From positions 32,001-96,000 of the IMG/VR virus record IMGVR_UViG_3300043391_000853: DNA of 64,000 bases; one strand, written 5' to 3'. The notes below the pieces were generated by a model. That model saw only the letters and a list, made by a program, of their open reading frames with translations. It ran no database searches and was not told where the DNA came from. Origin of the DNA: a virus. Its lineage: Duplodnaviria > Caudoviricetes. Shown one piece after another: positions 53,774-64,000 of the stretch (position 1 is the first letter of the stretch; each line of letters begins with the position of its first letter). A program made the translations under genes and the position numbers.

Positions 53774-54709
53774 CTATAGTAGAGAAGGTGTTATGTTTAG
53801 TGGACCGCATATATCTGACGAACCGAATGTTAATCCAACAAATAGCGTGTTGTCGTTAGCTTTCTCATCGTAAGCATCATCAAAATTGTTTAAATTTGTA
53901 CCTTTTGTTATACTCATGTTCGCTCCTGCCTTTATGGAGAAGTTGCCTGACGAGTCGGGCGGTACTCCGTTAATGTACGAGACGATATCTTCACAATCAA
54001 TATACACTGGATCTAGAAATGGTGTCGAGCAATCAAATCTTAATCCCATACCGTAGCTAATTTCAAGATCGATTAATTCATTTGAAATGTTTACTCTAAA
54101 ATTATAACCGGCTATGAAAGTGACGTCTCCGGTTAGAGAGGTTAGGGAGTTCTCTAATACGACTTCAAGAGGCAGTATAGGTTTATAGCCATAAGATTCT
54201 GTTTTTTTCTCTGGTGTAGTTTTTATAGAGTTTACACCTAGCCACTCATCACTAAATTGACTGTATGTTGAGGGCTCTACAGGCAGTAGGCCTGCGAACT
54301 GTTGGTTTATTTGAGCTACGTTTAAAAAAGTATCTAATCCCTGACCTAACGTAACCAGGCCTTCATTTGTCCTGAAATATAGGGGATACCCGGCTCCTGG
54401 ATAAGTCTCCAGCTCGAAAGACGCTATCGTGCTGCTAGTTGTACCTACTTCTATCACAGCTTTGTATGTAGCTGTTTTAGTTATCTTTTTTAAGTATACT
54501 GGTGAGCTTATCTTAACAGTTTGTCCACTCTGCAATACCTTGTCTTGTTCTAATGAATGCGAGAAACATACTAGTTGGAAGTCTAGTAAAAAGTTGTCTG
54601 GTACACTCCAAGAGTCCTGATTGTTTGCTAGTAGCGTCTTATCGCTATATTCTAGCAAAGGGAACGCCCTTAACTCGTTTTCATTTAGCCAATCTAAAAC
54701 CTGTTCCAT
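53774..54709 (-). CDS. putative tail/baseplate protein (paralog 1)
   Basis: WLNENELRAFPL; INGVPPDSSGNF. Confidence 0.65.
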   Translation of the reverse strand: MEQVLDWLNENELRAFPLLEYSDKTLLANNQDSWSVPDNFLLDFQLVCFSHSLEQDKVLQSGQTVKISSPVYLKKITKTATYKAVIEVGTTSSTIASFELETYPGAGYPLYFRTNEGLVTLGQGLDTFLNVAQINQQFAGLLPVEPSTYSQFSDEWLGVNSIKTTPEKKTESYGYKPILPLEVVLENSLTSLTGDVTFIAGYNFRVNISNELIDLEISYGMGLRFDCSTPFLDPVYIDCEDIVSYINGVPPDSSGNFSIKAGANMSITKGTNLNNFDDAYDEKANDNTLFVGLTFGSSDICGPLNITPSLL

Positions 54710-54713
54710 ATTT

Positions 54714-55454
54714 TTAAGTGGTAAGTGAAGGTATCGAGAAAGATGAGCTTAAGGTACCAGAAACCAAATCCATTGAAATACCTGCACCGTACACTGAAGA
54801 TATTTTAATCACATCGTTTGAAGCCAGATTGATGTTGTTTTTAACTGGTTTAACTAAATTTATTTGTTTGAGCGCATTAGGTCTGCTAGCGCTTTCAGGT
54901 ACGGCGTGTCCAGTAACAGCATTAAAGGTTACGGTGTTTGGTTTGTCTGGAGACGCTAGTGTTTTTTTGGCTGTATTATAAAATATAGTTGTATCGTCCT
55001 GAGCTCTAGAAAGAGTAACGTCGCCATAGCTTCCATCAAGCAAATAGACAGCGTCTTTAGATGGTATACTTCTGGTTGTGGATGACAGAAAGGGTGTGTT
55101 GAATTCTAGAAATCTTCCTGCATACATCTCCCACAAAAAAAGTGCCCCTTGTCCAAAAGTCACTTGTCCCAAATATCTTGTTTTTGGTTTATTATAGATT
55201 CTTAAGCTTCTATACTCCTCGCCTAAGATATACGCTTCTTTGTAAAAAACTGCCGTAATCGCTCCGTAGTCAAAAAGAAAAGATAGCTCCAGTCTATCGG
55301 ATTCGACAAGCACGCTGTTTAGTGTGGGTATAAAAGCATCAAACTGTGTAAACTTAGCATCAACTATAAGATCCATGGGCTCTATATCTAGCGTGAAAGG
55401 ATAGCTAGATAGCGCGTTCTCGTTCTGCCAACCTAGAGTATTATATATAGCCAT
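54714..55454 (-). CDS. putative tail/baseplate protein (paralog 2)
   Basis: WQNENALSSYPF; KQINLVKP. Confidence 0.65.
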   Translation of the reverse strand: MAIYNTLGWQNENALSSYPFTLDIEPMDLIVDAKFTQFDAFIPTLNSVLVESDRLELSFLFDYGAITAVFYKEAYILGEEYRSLRIYNKPKTRYLGQVTFGQGALFLWEMYAGRFLEFNTPFLSSTTRSIPSKDAVYLLDGSYGDVTLSRAQDDTTIFYNTAKKTLASPDKPNTVTFNAVTGHAVPESASRPNALKQINLVKPVKNNINLASNDVIKISSVYGAGISMDLVSGTLSSSFSIPSLTT

Positions 55455-55459
55455 AACTG

Positions 55460-56677
55460 TTAGGGTTTAGTCCAATATCTTATATCCTGATAATACTCTT
55501 CTTTCGCAAACTGAGGCCAGAAATAATATTCAGGAATTTCAGTGTTGTAGAAGCTGCCTGCGAGTCTTGCGGGTCTAGCTATAGGGTAATTAGGATTGAG
55601 CGGGTCAGGATTGCTGGGTTTGTATGGGTCATACGAAGGTATGGCAGGCTTGCTGTAATACAGGTCTTTAAACATTGGTAGGTTTAAAGAAAACCCAGAC
55701 ACATCTACCGGAGGAAGCAGCTTACTCTTCTGTGCACACAAACCCTCCATGGTTACTCCTTCTGTCGACACGGCCAATGTGCCTGCACCTGACACAGGTT
55801 CCCAGCGAGTTGAATTGCCTGGGTTTTGATTTTGCTCAGCTATCGTCGGTATTTTACAGATGTAGGGTATTTTTTCGTAGGTGACCGCGTCATTCACAGC
55901 GTAGGCTATATCTTTCCATACACCTCTCCAATTCATTTGGTTTCCTTGAGTCTTGTAAAATATGACTGGTCGTATGCCTGCGATATAAATGTTGCCGTCG
56001 TTCTCGTGATGTGGGTTTATATCCGCATCTTGCGATATAGAGGACGGTCTAACCCCGTTAATATTTTTAATTAGTGGTGTAGAGCAATTTTGCAGTAGTG
56101 AGGACTTGTCAGCTAGATTAAACACACTGAGAGGGTTTAAGGCTCTGAGTTTTGTTGTCTTGGCTTGAGGGTCAGAGGTTTTAGTTAAGCCTGTAAGTAT
56201 ACCATAATTTACTACTCCTCTAAGCTCGCTATTTTTAGCGTCTCGTATGCTGGTTACTTTTGGAGGAGTGTAACAATAAATTACAGACTCCTCAAACTCA
56301 GAAGCGTCCGGTTCAAAATTTAATATGTTAGGTAAAGAATTCAGTGCTTCTAATGAGCCTATCGTGAGTGTGCCTGATAAGAATCTTTCAAACGGATTAA
56401 AATATAACGTTGTATAGTCTGAAGAAACCGAGCCTTCAAACGTCCCTAAAGTAACATCGTCGAGTATGGATGTTATCGTTATTTTAATCGTACTGTCTAT
56501 CCTGTGTATTTGTTTAATATAAATTCTATGCTTATTAAGCACAGATGTGATACTTGCGTTAACGAGCAAACCGTCAGGCAGAGTAAATCCATCTAAAGCT
56601 TTAAGCGATGCGCTTTGTTTCAGAGGATATTTTCTGAACTGGTTTTTGTTTTCAAAAGATAATGAAATTATTGCCAT
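55460..56677 (-). CDS. putative tail/baseplate protein (paralog 3) with CBM-like insert
   Basis: FENKNQFRKYPL; INGVRP...GNIYI; WRGVW...YAVNDAVTY...P...W. Confidence 0.65.
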   Translation of the reverse strand: MAIISLSFENKNQFRKYPLKQSASLKALDGFTLPDGLLVNASITSVLNKHRIYIKQIHRIDSTIKITITSILDDVTLGTFEGSVSSDYTTLYFNPFERFLSGTLTIGSLEALNSLPNILNFEPDASEFEESVIYCYTPPKVTSIRDAKNSELRGVVNYGILTGLTKTSDPQAKTTKLRALNPLSVFNLADKSSLLQNCSTPLIKNINGVRPSSISQDADINPHHENDGNIYIAGIRPVIFYKTQGNQMNWRGVWKDIAYAVNDAVTYEKIPYICKIPTIAEQNQNPGNSTRWEPVSGAGTLAVSTEGVTMEGLCAQKSKLLPPVDVSGFSLNLPMFKDLYYSKPAIPSYDPYKPSNPDPLNPNYPIARPARLAGSFYNTEIPEYYFWPQFAKEEYYQDIRYWTKP

Positions 56678-56688
56678 ATGACTCTAGG

Positions 56689-59600
56689 TTATGGTTGTAC
56701 TTGTGCCTGCACTACATCACTGTAAGGCCCCATCCCGAGGCTATTAATTGCAGCGACTTTTACATATATATGAGAGTTGTAACCTAGCTCCACACCTGAG
56801 GCTATAATTTCCGCATCATGTAGTGACGCAGGTACAGGCACACCTTCAATTTTCGTTGTTCCTAATTTAGGTACTGTTACGTTCGGTTTTGGTGGGGCTG
56901 GAACTGGTGGGTCGAATGTACCCCACTGATCCGCTGCAGGCCAACCGGCGTATCCTACGAATCCTGCTTCGCTAGGTATTTGAGGGAATTTAAATACTTT
57001 AGGGACAACGGAGAGTGCTATAGCGTCATCAAGGAAATTTTTTATGGTCGTGCCGGCATTATAACTTAGTGTTGGATATCCTGGTATCCTGTCTCCGGAA
57101 ATAAACATATTTGGAATGTAGCCGTAATCCGCGGCAGGGTCGGACGCAACATAAAGATCCAAGCTCTGCAAAGATGAAAATACAAAGAAACCAGAAAAGT
57201 TTACACCGTCGGTCGAGTAGTTTACGCTATATCCAGTGACGGGTAGATTATCCCTACGTTTCAAGTTGGTGTAAGCGTTAGGAAGCAATACACCAAAACG
57301 CATACCCTGTTTGATAGTGTAAACAGCTATACTAAACTTCCTTGGAAGTGCCGGAGGTAAAACAACATTGAAAGGTCTTGAGGCCTCTCCTGGTGCTAGA
57401 ATTGTAGAGGCACGCATTCTCACGATAAGAGGGTAAGCGTGGTCTCTCAGGCTTAGTGTGGTAGCAGTTGAGAGTATACCTCCCACAAAAGGACCATCAT
57501 TTAAGCTGAGTTCATAACCTGTGACACCTACCGTGCCTGCAGGTACCGGTAAAAAGCTAATAACTGTGGTGGGAATATTGTCGCTATCGAAAGTCGTATT
57601 GCTTTCTAATATTGTTGGGGGAGAGGCACCGTAAGGTAATGTTTTAACTATAATATCATCTGTGGCGACACCTCGCGAATAGTTCAACTTCTCTCCGTCG
57701 GGTTTAGCTAGATCTTGTAGATATTGTACGTAAGCAGCAACCCTGAGTCTTACAGTGTACGTCGATCCTGCTGCCAGTCCTTTAGCTATAATTAAAGGAG
57801 TACCGTCAAAACGTAATTCTGTTTGGTTGTAACTGACTCCTCCATTTAAAGAATATTCTAACCGATAATCGCTATAAACACCAATAGCGTCCTGACTAAA
57901 AGTGTACGGTATACTTATATAGTTAACTCCAGATGTGATAGCACTAACATTAACAGTTGGGGCCTGTGCTATAGTAGAATATTCGTAATTCTTTGTTTGT
58001 GTTAATGGTGTATTAAGCCCGTCCCCAAAGCCCACAGCTACGCCAGGGAATTTCACTTTATCGTAGGTGGTATATGCATATTTACCGGTTACAGGATTTA
58101 TGGTATCTCTGTATAGGTTAACAAATCCTAGACCTTCTTCTATTTCTGCGAGGTGTTTGTTTGATGGACCCATCATACCATAGGAATTCACCGCCCTTAT
58201 AGAAATAACAAAAGTTATGAGGGCCTCCTGTAAGGTAATTCGGGCAGTCAGTTTGTCGCTATCTATGGAGTCTTCGCTAATATCTGTATAGCCTGCCTCG
58301 TAGAGTAACCCAACTGATTCTGCGTCATAACCCAGAAGCACCCTATTTTGGCCTGCGGGAGGGTTACTATAGATGGGCTGCATATTTATAGCTGTGATTG
58401 CATACTGATATCTAACTGAAGGAGCCCCTTTGATAATAGGTGCATTAAAAAACACTGTAGCTAATTTGCCTGCGCGTAAAATTTTAATAACTTCCACTTC
58501 CGATGGAGGTGTCGGAGGTTCTGTATATTTTTTAGATGTGTAGCCGATGTTGCCGTTTGCATTTATTGCCCTAATCCTGATGTCGTAATTTACCGTAACT
58601 CCAGAGTCTACAGGATCCACCACTGCAGGAATGTACGCGGTGAGTGGTGAGTCTAAGTCAGTAGCATAGCTTATCTCCGTTGCGCTGTTGGTTTCCAAAT
58701 AACGCTTTTCATCCGCTGTGGCTTTTTTGAATGTTTCTCCGCCATCAAAAGAGTATTCGTATGAAGCTATGGCGCTGCCTCCATCAAAATCACAAGGAAT
58801 GAAATAAATTTGCAGATACCTTTTATTTCCTATATCGTCAATATACGTAGCGTCTCCGTACGCAGCGTCTCCGGTGATACTATTACCACTACTGCTCGGA
58901 TAAGTTTGATAATTAAGGTCTTTGCTTACCCTATAAACGGGCACGTATACTAATTCTAACCTGTAAACTGTTGGTGCGCTGGGTGAACCTTGATTCAAAA
59001 TAAATACATCCGATGGCAAGCCTGCACCTACCGAGTTTATAGCTCGTACCTGTAGGTTATAGCTCACCTTTTCTTTTAAGTCAGTTATGGCCAGAGGTAT
59101 ATCTGTTCCTGTCTGTACAGTTTTCCAGGGTAAATTGGCACCTAAGCGGTACTCGTAATTTTGAACTGGTGTAAGCCAATGAGCATTAGGTGCTTTAAAG
59201 TATGCGTTAGCTATAGTTAGCGATGTGGTAGTACATTCTAATTCTGTAGGTTCCTCAGGTGTACCCCATTTTTTAGTTATTACTCCGGATTCTGCTCCTT
59301 TACCTAAAGTTGAGAACGCACGTATCTTAAAATAATACTCGGTTCCTACGGTTAAAGAAGCGCTGGGTACGTTTAGTGGTTGCGCTGTTGAATTGACTGT
59401 GGTCCAAGTTAAGCCATTATTTAGACTATAGTCGTAACCCGTGATGCTATTTGTGCCACTATCGGGTACAGTAAAAGTTATGTGCCCTCCAGGAAGGCTG
59501 TAAGTATTTATCTTGACGTTTGTCGGCGCTGCAGGAGTTATACCAGGCATAGTTGTATTTTGTGGGTTGGAGGATAGCTCGCCTGTCCCTGCTAAGTTTA

Positions 59601-62600
59601 CAGCAGCTATTCTAACATAATATGGGCTGCCGTTACGTAATGACGATATAGTTAAGGGAGAACTATTTTGGTTTAATGTAAAAAGTGGACCATTATTTAA
59701 GCTACATTTATAATCGATTATAGGTGACCCTCCTGTTGAGGGTGCTGTAAAACTAACTATTAATTTACCGTCGCCGCTAGCAACATTGATATTTGTGGGA
59801 ATTCCTGGGACAAGTGCAGGGTAGGCCGATACTAAGTCTGATTGTTCTCCGTTGCTGGTTGGTCTTTTTGCACGTAAAGCTATACTGTAAAGCTGACCAT
59901 TATTTAGTCCCGTAATCGATGTTTTTAAAGTATTCGGAACAGTGCCTAATGTTACCGCTGCGGTGCTCCACGTTAACCCGCCATTAATTGAATATTGGTA
60001 ACTGACACCCAACCCGAATGGTGCATTAGAGGGTGCCGTAAATGTTACATCCAGTCCTTGATCTTTAGATATTATCGGCGTGATTATAGTGGGCGGGGAG
60101 TATATCAAATACATTGTTATACTGATCGCTACACTTGCCAGGCCGTTGCCTGCGGAGTTTACAGCCTTTAACACAACGTTATATGTACTACCTAACGTTA
60201 GTCCGGTTACAATAATTGCGTTTTCTCTAGTTGTTACTTTTGAGCTGTAGGAAACCCCGTTATTGGTGCTATATATATAGCCTGAAATATCTCCGCCGCC
60301 ATTACTCACAGGAGCTTGAAAATTAATACGAAAACTAGTCGACGTTAATTGATTGAGGCTGTTGATGTATGGAGCCGTAGGTACCCCTATAGGTGTAAAC
60401 CTGACCGCTGTTGAAGACGGGCTAACGCTTCCGGCGGCGTTAACCGCACGTAATCTTAAAGGGTAGTTGATTCCGTTCGATAGGTTGGCTATTTGAATTC
60501 GGCCTGTTCCTCCTGCCTGCGGAGCAAGTATTGTGGCCACTAACCATGACTCATTTACAGTTAAACTATATTCGTATCGACTTATAGCTGCTCCCCCGGT
60601 GCTTGTAGGTGCGTTAAAATCGAACCGTACACCGCCATTGTAGGTCTCGACAGGAGTGACGATGCTTGGAGGAGAGGGAGGCTCTACAGGACTTTTTACT
60701 ATAGGTGTAGATATGGCTCCAACGCCTAGGGAGTTAACGGCTCTAATTCTTATAGAGTAAGACTGTCCGTTATTTAAGTTAGTTATAACAATCAATGATT
60801 CTGTAGAATTTGTTGATACAAATGCTCCACCATCTACCGAGTATTGATAACCTGTGATATCATAACCTCCTGTGTTTGCAGGGGGACCAAAAGATATTAA
60901 CAGTCTCTTACTACCGGCTCCGACTGATATATTGGTCGGTACTTCGGGTGTTTTGCCGGGTTTAACCAGCAATGAAGTTCCCGTCACAGGCAGTTCTCCA
61001 TCAATCGTAATAGCTCCTATATATAACGGATATACTTGACCATTAACCAGGTCTTCGTTTAATGCGTTTTTTGTTATTGTGAAAGAACTTACTGCTCCTG
61101 TGGCAGGAGTAATGGTCGTAAAATTAGCTCCGTTATCGACGCTATATCTGTAATTTAATATAGCTACTCCTCCTGTGTTGACTGGTGGAGTAAAACTAAT
61201 GGTGACGCTTTTATCTCCTGGAACATAAGTTACACCTGTAGGAGCCCCTGCAACCTCTGTAGTGATAGTGGTGTCACTTACAGGTGTACCTGAAACGGCT
61301 GCAGACGAAGCGCCTATGCCTTTGATGTTAGATGCACGGACAACTATAGAGTAAGCTACAGCATTTAACAGCGCAGACGAATCAGACGACTGTTTGTTGA
61401 TGTTTATCGGACTAGATGCTACCCCTGATGAAATGAACGTGGTTCCTCCATCTGTGGAATATTCTAAGTCTGTGGTGGGGGTACCGGCATAAACAGCATT
61501 TTCAGTTATGCGTACAAGTAATTGTTTGTCATAGCCTGCTATAGGAGAAACTATGGTTGGTGCGCCTGGTACCGTGTAGGGTACAGCTGTATATGTCAGG
61601 GACGTGACACCTGCTCCTGTAGCGTTGACTGCCCTAAGTCTTATTGAATAGGTTGTGCCGTTGGTGAGTCCTGTTATATTGACAGGTGAGACAGCTGTTT
61701 CTCCTGAAACAAAAGAGGCTCCATCAAGCGAGTACTCGTAGCGAACAATAGCAGATCCCCCATCACTGACGGGAGCTGTAAACCCCACACTTAGACTTCC
61801 GTCATTAGAAGTTATTTGAATGCTTGTAGGCTCTGTGGGAATTGATGCTGGTGCTGCTGTAAAATTTATACTGCCCAGATTCGCTGCGCCTGCGGAAACA
61901 CTGTATGTGCTTGGAGAAAAAGCGAAAAATGCTGAGGATGGGGTGATTACCACACTCTCGTCGTACTCTACATATACAACATAACTTCCATCTGTGTTTG
62001 AAGTTGGTGTATTAATGCCTCCACTCATGGCGGCTCCCTCGATAGGAATACCTGAAGATGTGGTTATGCTACCGCTAATTGTTCTTGCTGGTCCTGTGGC
62101 TGTGAAGTTGACTCCGGTGACATTTGAGCTACCTATTGTAACATTACCTATTGCAGCTATATAATAATTATCTTTCGTGGCAATTAAACTATAGCTGCCA
62201 GGAGATAGTGTAGAGATCTGATATGTCCCGTCGCTGCCTGTTGTCGCGTACCTTGTCGAGTCTATACTCACTTTCACCCCAGCTACAGGGACGAGCGAAG
62301 CTGAGGCTACTCTACCTGTTATAGAGTAGAGTACTCTTAATACAGCTATATTTAAAAGTATTGCGCTTGTTTCGTAATCTGCGGTACTTGCCGATATTTT
62401 AACTAGATACGAGCCTGTCTGTGTCGGGGTTCCTGCCAGTGTGTTGTTGACTAGTGTTATGCCGGGTGGTAGAGACTCAGCTGTCAATGTAACCGTCGCG
62501 TTGTCGTAAGTACTGCAGGTTAAAATTTGTGCGATGTTTGCATTCGCTTGGTTTATCTGTAAGTTGTAGTTTGTTTCTGTGACAGGAGACACAATACTTA

Positions 62601-63999
62601 TAGGTACAGTAATTGTGCAGTTAACCGTGTTGTCACCATCTGCGTTTGATGCGTGCAGCTTTACACTATACTGACGAGCCACTGCAGCGTTCTGTACTGT
62701 ACCTATGATATAGCCATCCGGACTGCAGGTTAACCCTGGGGGTAGATTTTCTGCAGAAAAGCTGGCTGTACCGATGGCAGTTATTCTAAAGAGTGCTGCT
62801 TGCTTCGTGTAGGTTTTATTTTTACTTACAGTAAACCTGGAGTTTTCAGCAATGTTGTTTATTACAGGTCCGGAGGTAGCACTGAATGTCACACTCAGGT
62901 TCAAGGCAGCTCTACCTACAGGGTTTGTCACATATACTGTAAAATTGTATTTTTTACTGTAGGCGAACGGAATCTCGGTCGGTATTTCTGTGGAGCTCAG
63001 ACTACCATATACTTTTCCTGTGGTAGGTGCAATTTGAAAGCCAGGAGGTAGTCCAGCAGCAGAATAAACATTTCGTGCAGCCTCCGGCAAGTTTGCATCA
63101 TTTAAATTTGTGCCTCCTAACGCTTGTGTTGCAGCTACGGTAAATAATGGAGAACTAAGAGTTGTAGTTGAGTATAGCCCTACGTTAAAATTATAAGAAC
63201 TGACTGGATAAGAAATGGTAGGAGCAAAACCTACGGTGTAGATTATATCTATAGGTAGTAGGGATGAAGATCCGTACACATTTCTAGCGCTAGCGTACAC
63301 TGTACGAGAACCTGATGATGTTTCGGTAAGTTTTCCTATAACCTGACCTGTTGCATTATTAAAAAGCAAGCCTGTAGGCAGCTCTCCCACTAGCGAATAT
63401 TCGAATATGGGTGCGTTAGTTGCCTGTAGCGCTATAAGAGGCGCGCTAGAAGTGTACGTAACTAAATTGGTGATGGCAAAGGAGGGGCCTGGTGTTTGCG
63501 CTGAAAACGCTATAACTGGAGGGTTGTTAGATTTTACTGCTAGGTTTATAACCTGAGGATCGGCCGCTGCTCCTGCACTGTTTGAGCAGCTGAGTAGTAT
63601 AGAAAACGAGGTGTTATCGAGTACTTGGGATCCAAGACTTCCTGTAAGTACTCCTGTCTGTGTATTGAAAACGAGCGCGCCAGGTAGATCTGTAGCGCCA
63701 ATCATGGAAGCGCTGTATACAGCCTGTGTATCCGAAGTCATGTTGGAAGCTATGACCTGTAATAATGGTTCTTCGGCTGTGTATATTGTGTCGCTGGATA
63801 TGTTTAAAGGAAAACTTGATGTGTATGACTTGGCGAGAGGAGATAGAATTACCGGCAGTGGTTTATAATTTAGCGTGATTCTATATACAATGCTTCCTAC
63901 CGTCGTTAGCGCGAACTTCAAAAAGAAGATGAAGGTTTTGGTTGATGTTTGCGTAGGCCTGCTGGTGATGTTTAGTGTAACAGCGCCTGCACCTACGCC
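56689..63999 (-). CDS. giant Ig/FN3-repeat virion surface or tail-fibre protein (5' end outside window)
   Basis: Many FN3 repeats (P.AP...V.FTAP...GG..I..Y.YS.DGG...LRAVN..G.G) and LPPGL-type Ig repeats; frame stays open to the window edge. Confidence 0.88.
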   Translation of the reverse strand, partial: GVGAGAVTLNITSRPTQTSTKTFIFFLKFALTTVGSIVYRITLNYKPLPVILSPLAKSYTSSFPLNISSDTIYTAEEPLLQVIASNMTSDTQAVYSASMIGATDLPGALVFNTQTGVLTGSLGSQVLDNTSFSILLSCSNSAGAAADPQVINLAVKSNNPPVIAFSAQTPGPSFAITNLVTYTSSAPLIALQATNAPIFEYSLVGELPTGLLFNNATGQVIGKLTETSSGSRTVYASARNVYGSSSLLPIDIIYTVGFAPTISYPVSSYNFNVGLYSTTTLSSPLFTVAATQALGGTNLNDANLPEAARNVYSAAGLPPGFQIAPTTGKVYGSLSSTEIPTEIPFAYSKKYNFTVYVTNPVGRAALNLSVTFSATSGPVINNIAENSRFTVSKNKTYTKQAALFRITAIGTASFSAENLPPGLTCSPDGYIIGTVQNAAVARQYSVKLHASNADGDNTVNCTITVPISIVSPVTETNYNLQINQANANIAQILTCSTYDNATVTLTAESLPPGITLVNNTLAGTPTQTGSYLVKISASTADYETSAILLNIAVLRVLYSITGRVASASLVPVAGVKVSIDSTRYATTGSDGTYQISTLSPGSYSLIATKDNYYIAAIGNVTIGSSNVTGVNFTATGPARTISGSITTSSGIPIEGAAMSGGINTPTSNTDGSYVVYVEYDESVVITPSSAFFAFSPSTYSVSAGAANLGSINFTAAPASIPTEPTSIQITSNDGSLSVGFTAPVSDGGSAIVRYEYSLDGASFVSGETAVSPVNITGLTNGTTYSIRLRAVNATGAGVTSLTYTAVPYTVPGAPTIVSPIAGYDKQLLVRITENAVYAGTPTTDLEYSTDGGTTFISSGVASSPININKQSSDSSALLNAVAYSIVVRASNIKGIGASSAAVSGTPVSDTTITTEVAGAPTGVTYVPGDKSVTISFTPPVNTGGVAILNYRYSVDNGANFTTITPATGAVSSFTITKNALNEDLVNGQVYPLYIGAITIDGELPVTGTSLLVKPGKTPEVPTNISVGAGSKRLLISFGPPANTGGYDITGYQYSVDGGAFVSTNSTESLIVITNLNNGQSYSIRIRAVNSLGVGAISTPIVKSPVEPPSPPSIVTPVETYNGGVRFDFNAPTSTGGAAISRYEYSLTVNESWLVATILAPQAGGTGRIQIANLSNGINYPLRLRAVNAAGSVSPSSTAVRFTPIGVPTAPYINSLNQLTSTSFRINFQAPVSNGGGDISGYIYSTNNGVSYSSKVTTRENAIIVTGLTLGSTYNVVLKAVNSAGNGLASVAISITMYLIYSPPTIITPIISKDQGLDVTFTAPSNAPFGLGVSYQYSINGGLTWSTAAVTLGTVPNTLKTSITGLNNGQLYSIALRAKRPTSNGEQSDLVSAYPALVPGIPTNINVASGDGKLIVSFTAPSTGGSPIIDYKCSLNNGPLFTLNQNSSPLTISSLRNGSPYYVRIAAVNLAGTGELSSNPQNTTMPGITPAAPTNVKINTYSLPGGHITFTVPDSGTNSITGYDYSLNNGLTWTTVNSTAQPLNVPSASLTVGTEYYFKIRAFSTLGKGAESGVITKKWGTPEEPTELECTTTSLTIANAYFKAPNAHWLTPVQNYEYRLGANLPWKTVQTGTDIPLAITDLKEKVSYNLQVRAINSVGAGLPSDVFILNQGSPSAPTVYRLELVYVPVYRVSKDLNYQTYPSSSGNSITGDAAYGDATYIDDIGNKRYLQIYFIPCDFDGGSAIASYEYSFDGGETFKKATADEKRYLETNSATEISYATDLDSPLTAYIPAVVDPVDSGVTVNYDIRIRAINANGNIGYTSKKYTEPPTPPSEVEVIKILRAGKLATVFFNAPIIKGAPSVRYQYAITAINMQPIYSNPPAGQNRVLLGYDAESVGLLYEAGYTDISEDSIDSDKLTARITLQEALITFVISIRAVNSYGMMGPSNKHLAEIEEGLGFVNLYRDTINPVTGKYAYTTYDKVKFPGVAVGFGDGLNTPLTQTKNYEYSTIAQAPTVNVSAITSGVNYISIPYTFSQDAIGVYSDYRLEYSLNGGVSYNQTELRFDGTPLIIAKGLAAGSTYTVRLRVAAYVQYLQDLAKPDGEKLNYSRGVATDDIIVKTLPYGASPPTILESNTTFDSDNIPTTVISFLPVPAGTVGVTGYELSLNDGPFVGGILSTATTLSLRDHAYPLIVRMRASTILAPGEASRPFNVVLPPALPRKFSIAVYTIKQGMRFGVLLPNAYTNLKRRDNLPVTGYSVNYSTDGVNFSGFFVFSSLQSLDLYVASDPAADYGYIPNMFISGDRIPGYPTLSYNAGTTIKNFLDDAIALSVVPKVFKFPQIPSEAGFVGYAGWPAADQWGTFDPPVPAPPKPNVTVPKLGTTKIEGVPVPASLHDAEIIASGVELGYNSHIYVKVAAINSLGMGPYSDVVQAQVQP

Positions 64000-64000
64000 A

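Noticed and set aside
582-63868. Numerous short ORFs antisense to long genes in the ORF track
   Set aside because: Shadow ORFs of well-supported genes; only terL and 50068-51351 are credible on the + strand.
63919-63921. TTG start of the 2410-aa protein
   Set aside because: The frame is open to the window edge, so the true start lies outside the window.

Overview
A 64-kb, gene-dense, mostly minus-strand fragment of a large (probably jumbo) tailed dsDNA phage, read in the standard genetic code. From left to right: small accessory ORFs with ATP-dependent DNA ligase, metallophosphoesterase, ThyX and RNA ligase; a tRNA cluster (Val, Gln, Met, Pro, Thr) mixed with unexplained structured RNAs; a replication, recombination and repair block (HhH glycosylase, RuvC-like, RecA, SSB-like, Gp88-like, UDG-fused family A DNA polymerase, ECF sigma factor, DnaB-like helicase, primase, SF2 helicase, SbcC, UvsE, SbcD); a Ycf46-like AAA/DUF1257/DUF2997 cluster; terminase large subunit; tmRNA; RlpA; and virion genes ending in a >2400-aa Ig/FN3 protein cut by the window edge. 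The main candidate system is a phage-encoded ubiquitin-like conjugation operon (16400-20556) inside the replication module. It has a beta-grasp modifier ending LVGG-EI, a 691-aa protein with a Cys-containing C-terminal domain, a catalytically dead exonuclease fold, a JAB/JAMM protease and an E1/ThiF enzyme. Other highlights are three tandem copies of a covarying RNA motif, a tRNA with a 34-nt structured anticodon loop, a tmRNA with a 31-aa tag, a pseudoknotted ncRNA candidate, a PolA with altered active-site residues and a protein saturated with K-x-A motifs. All family calls come from motif recognition by eye; no database search was run.
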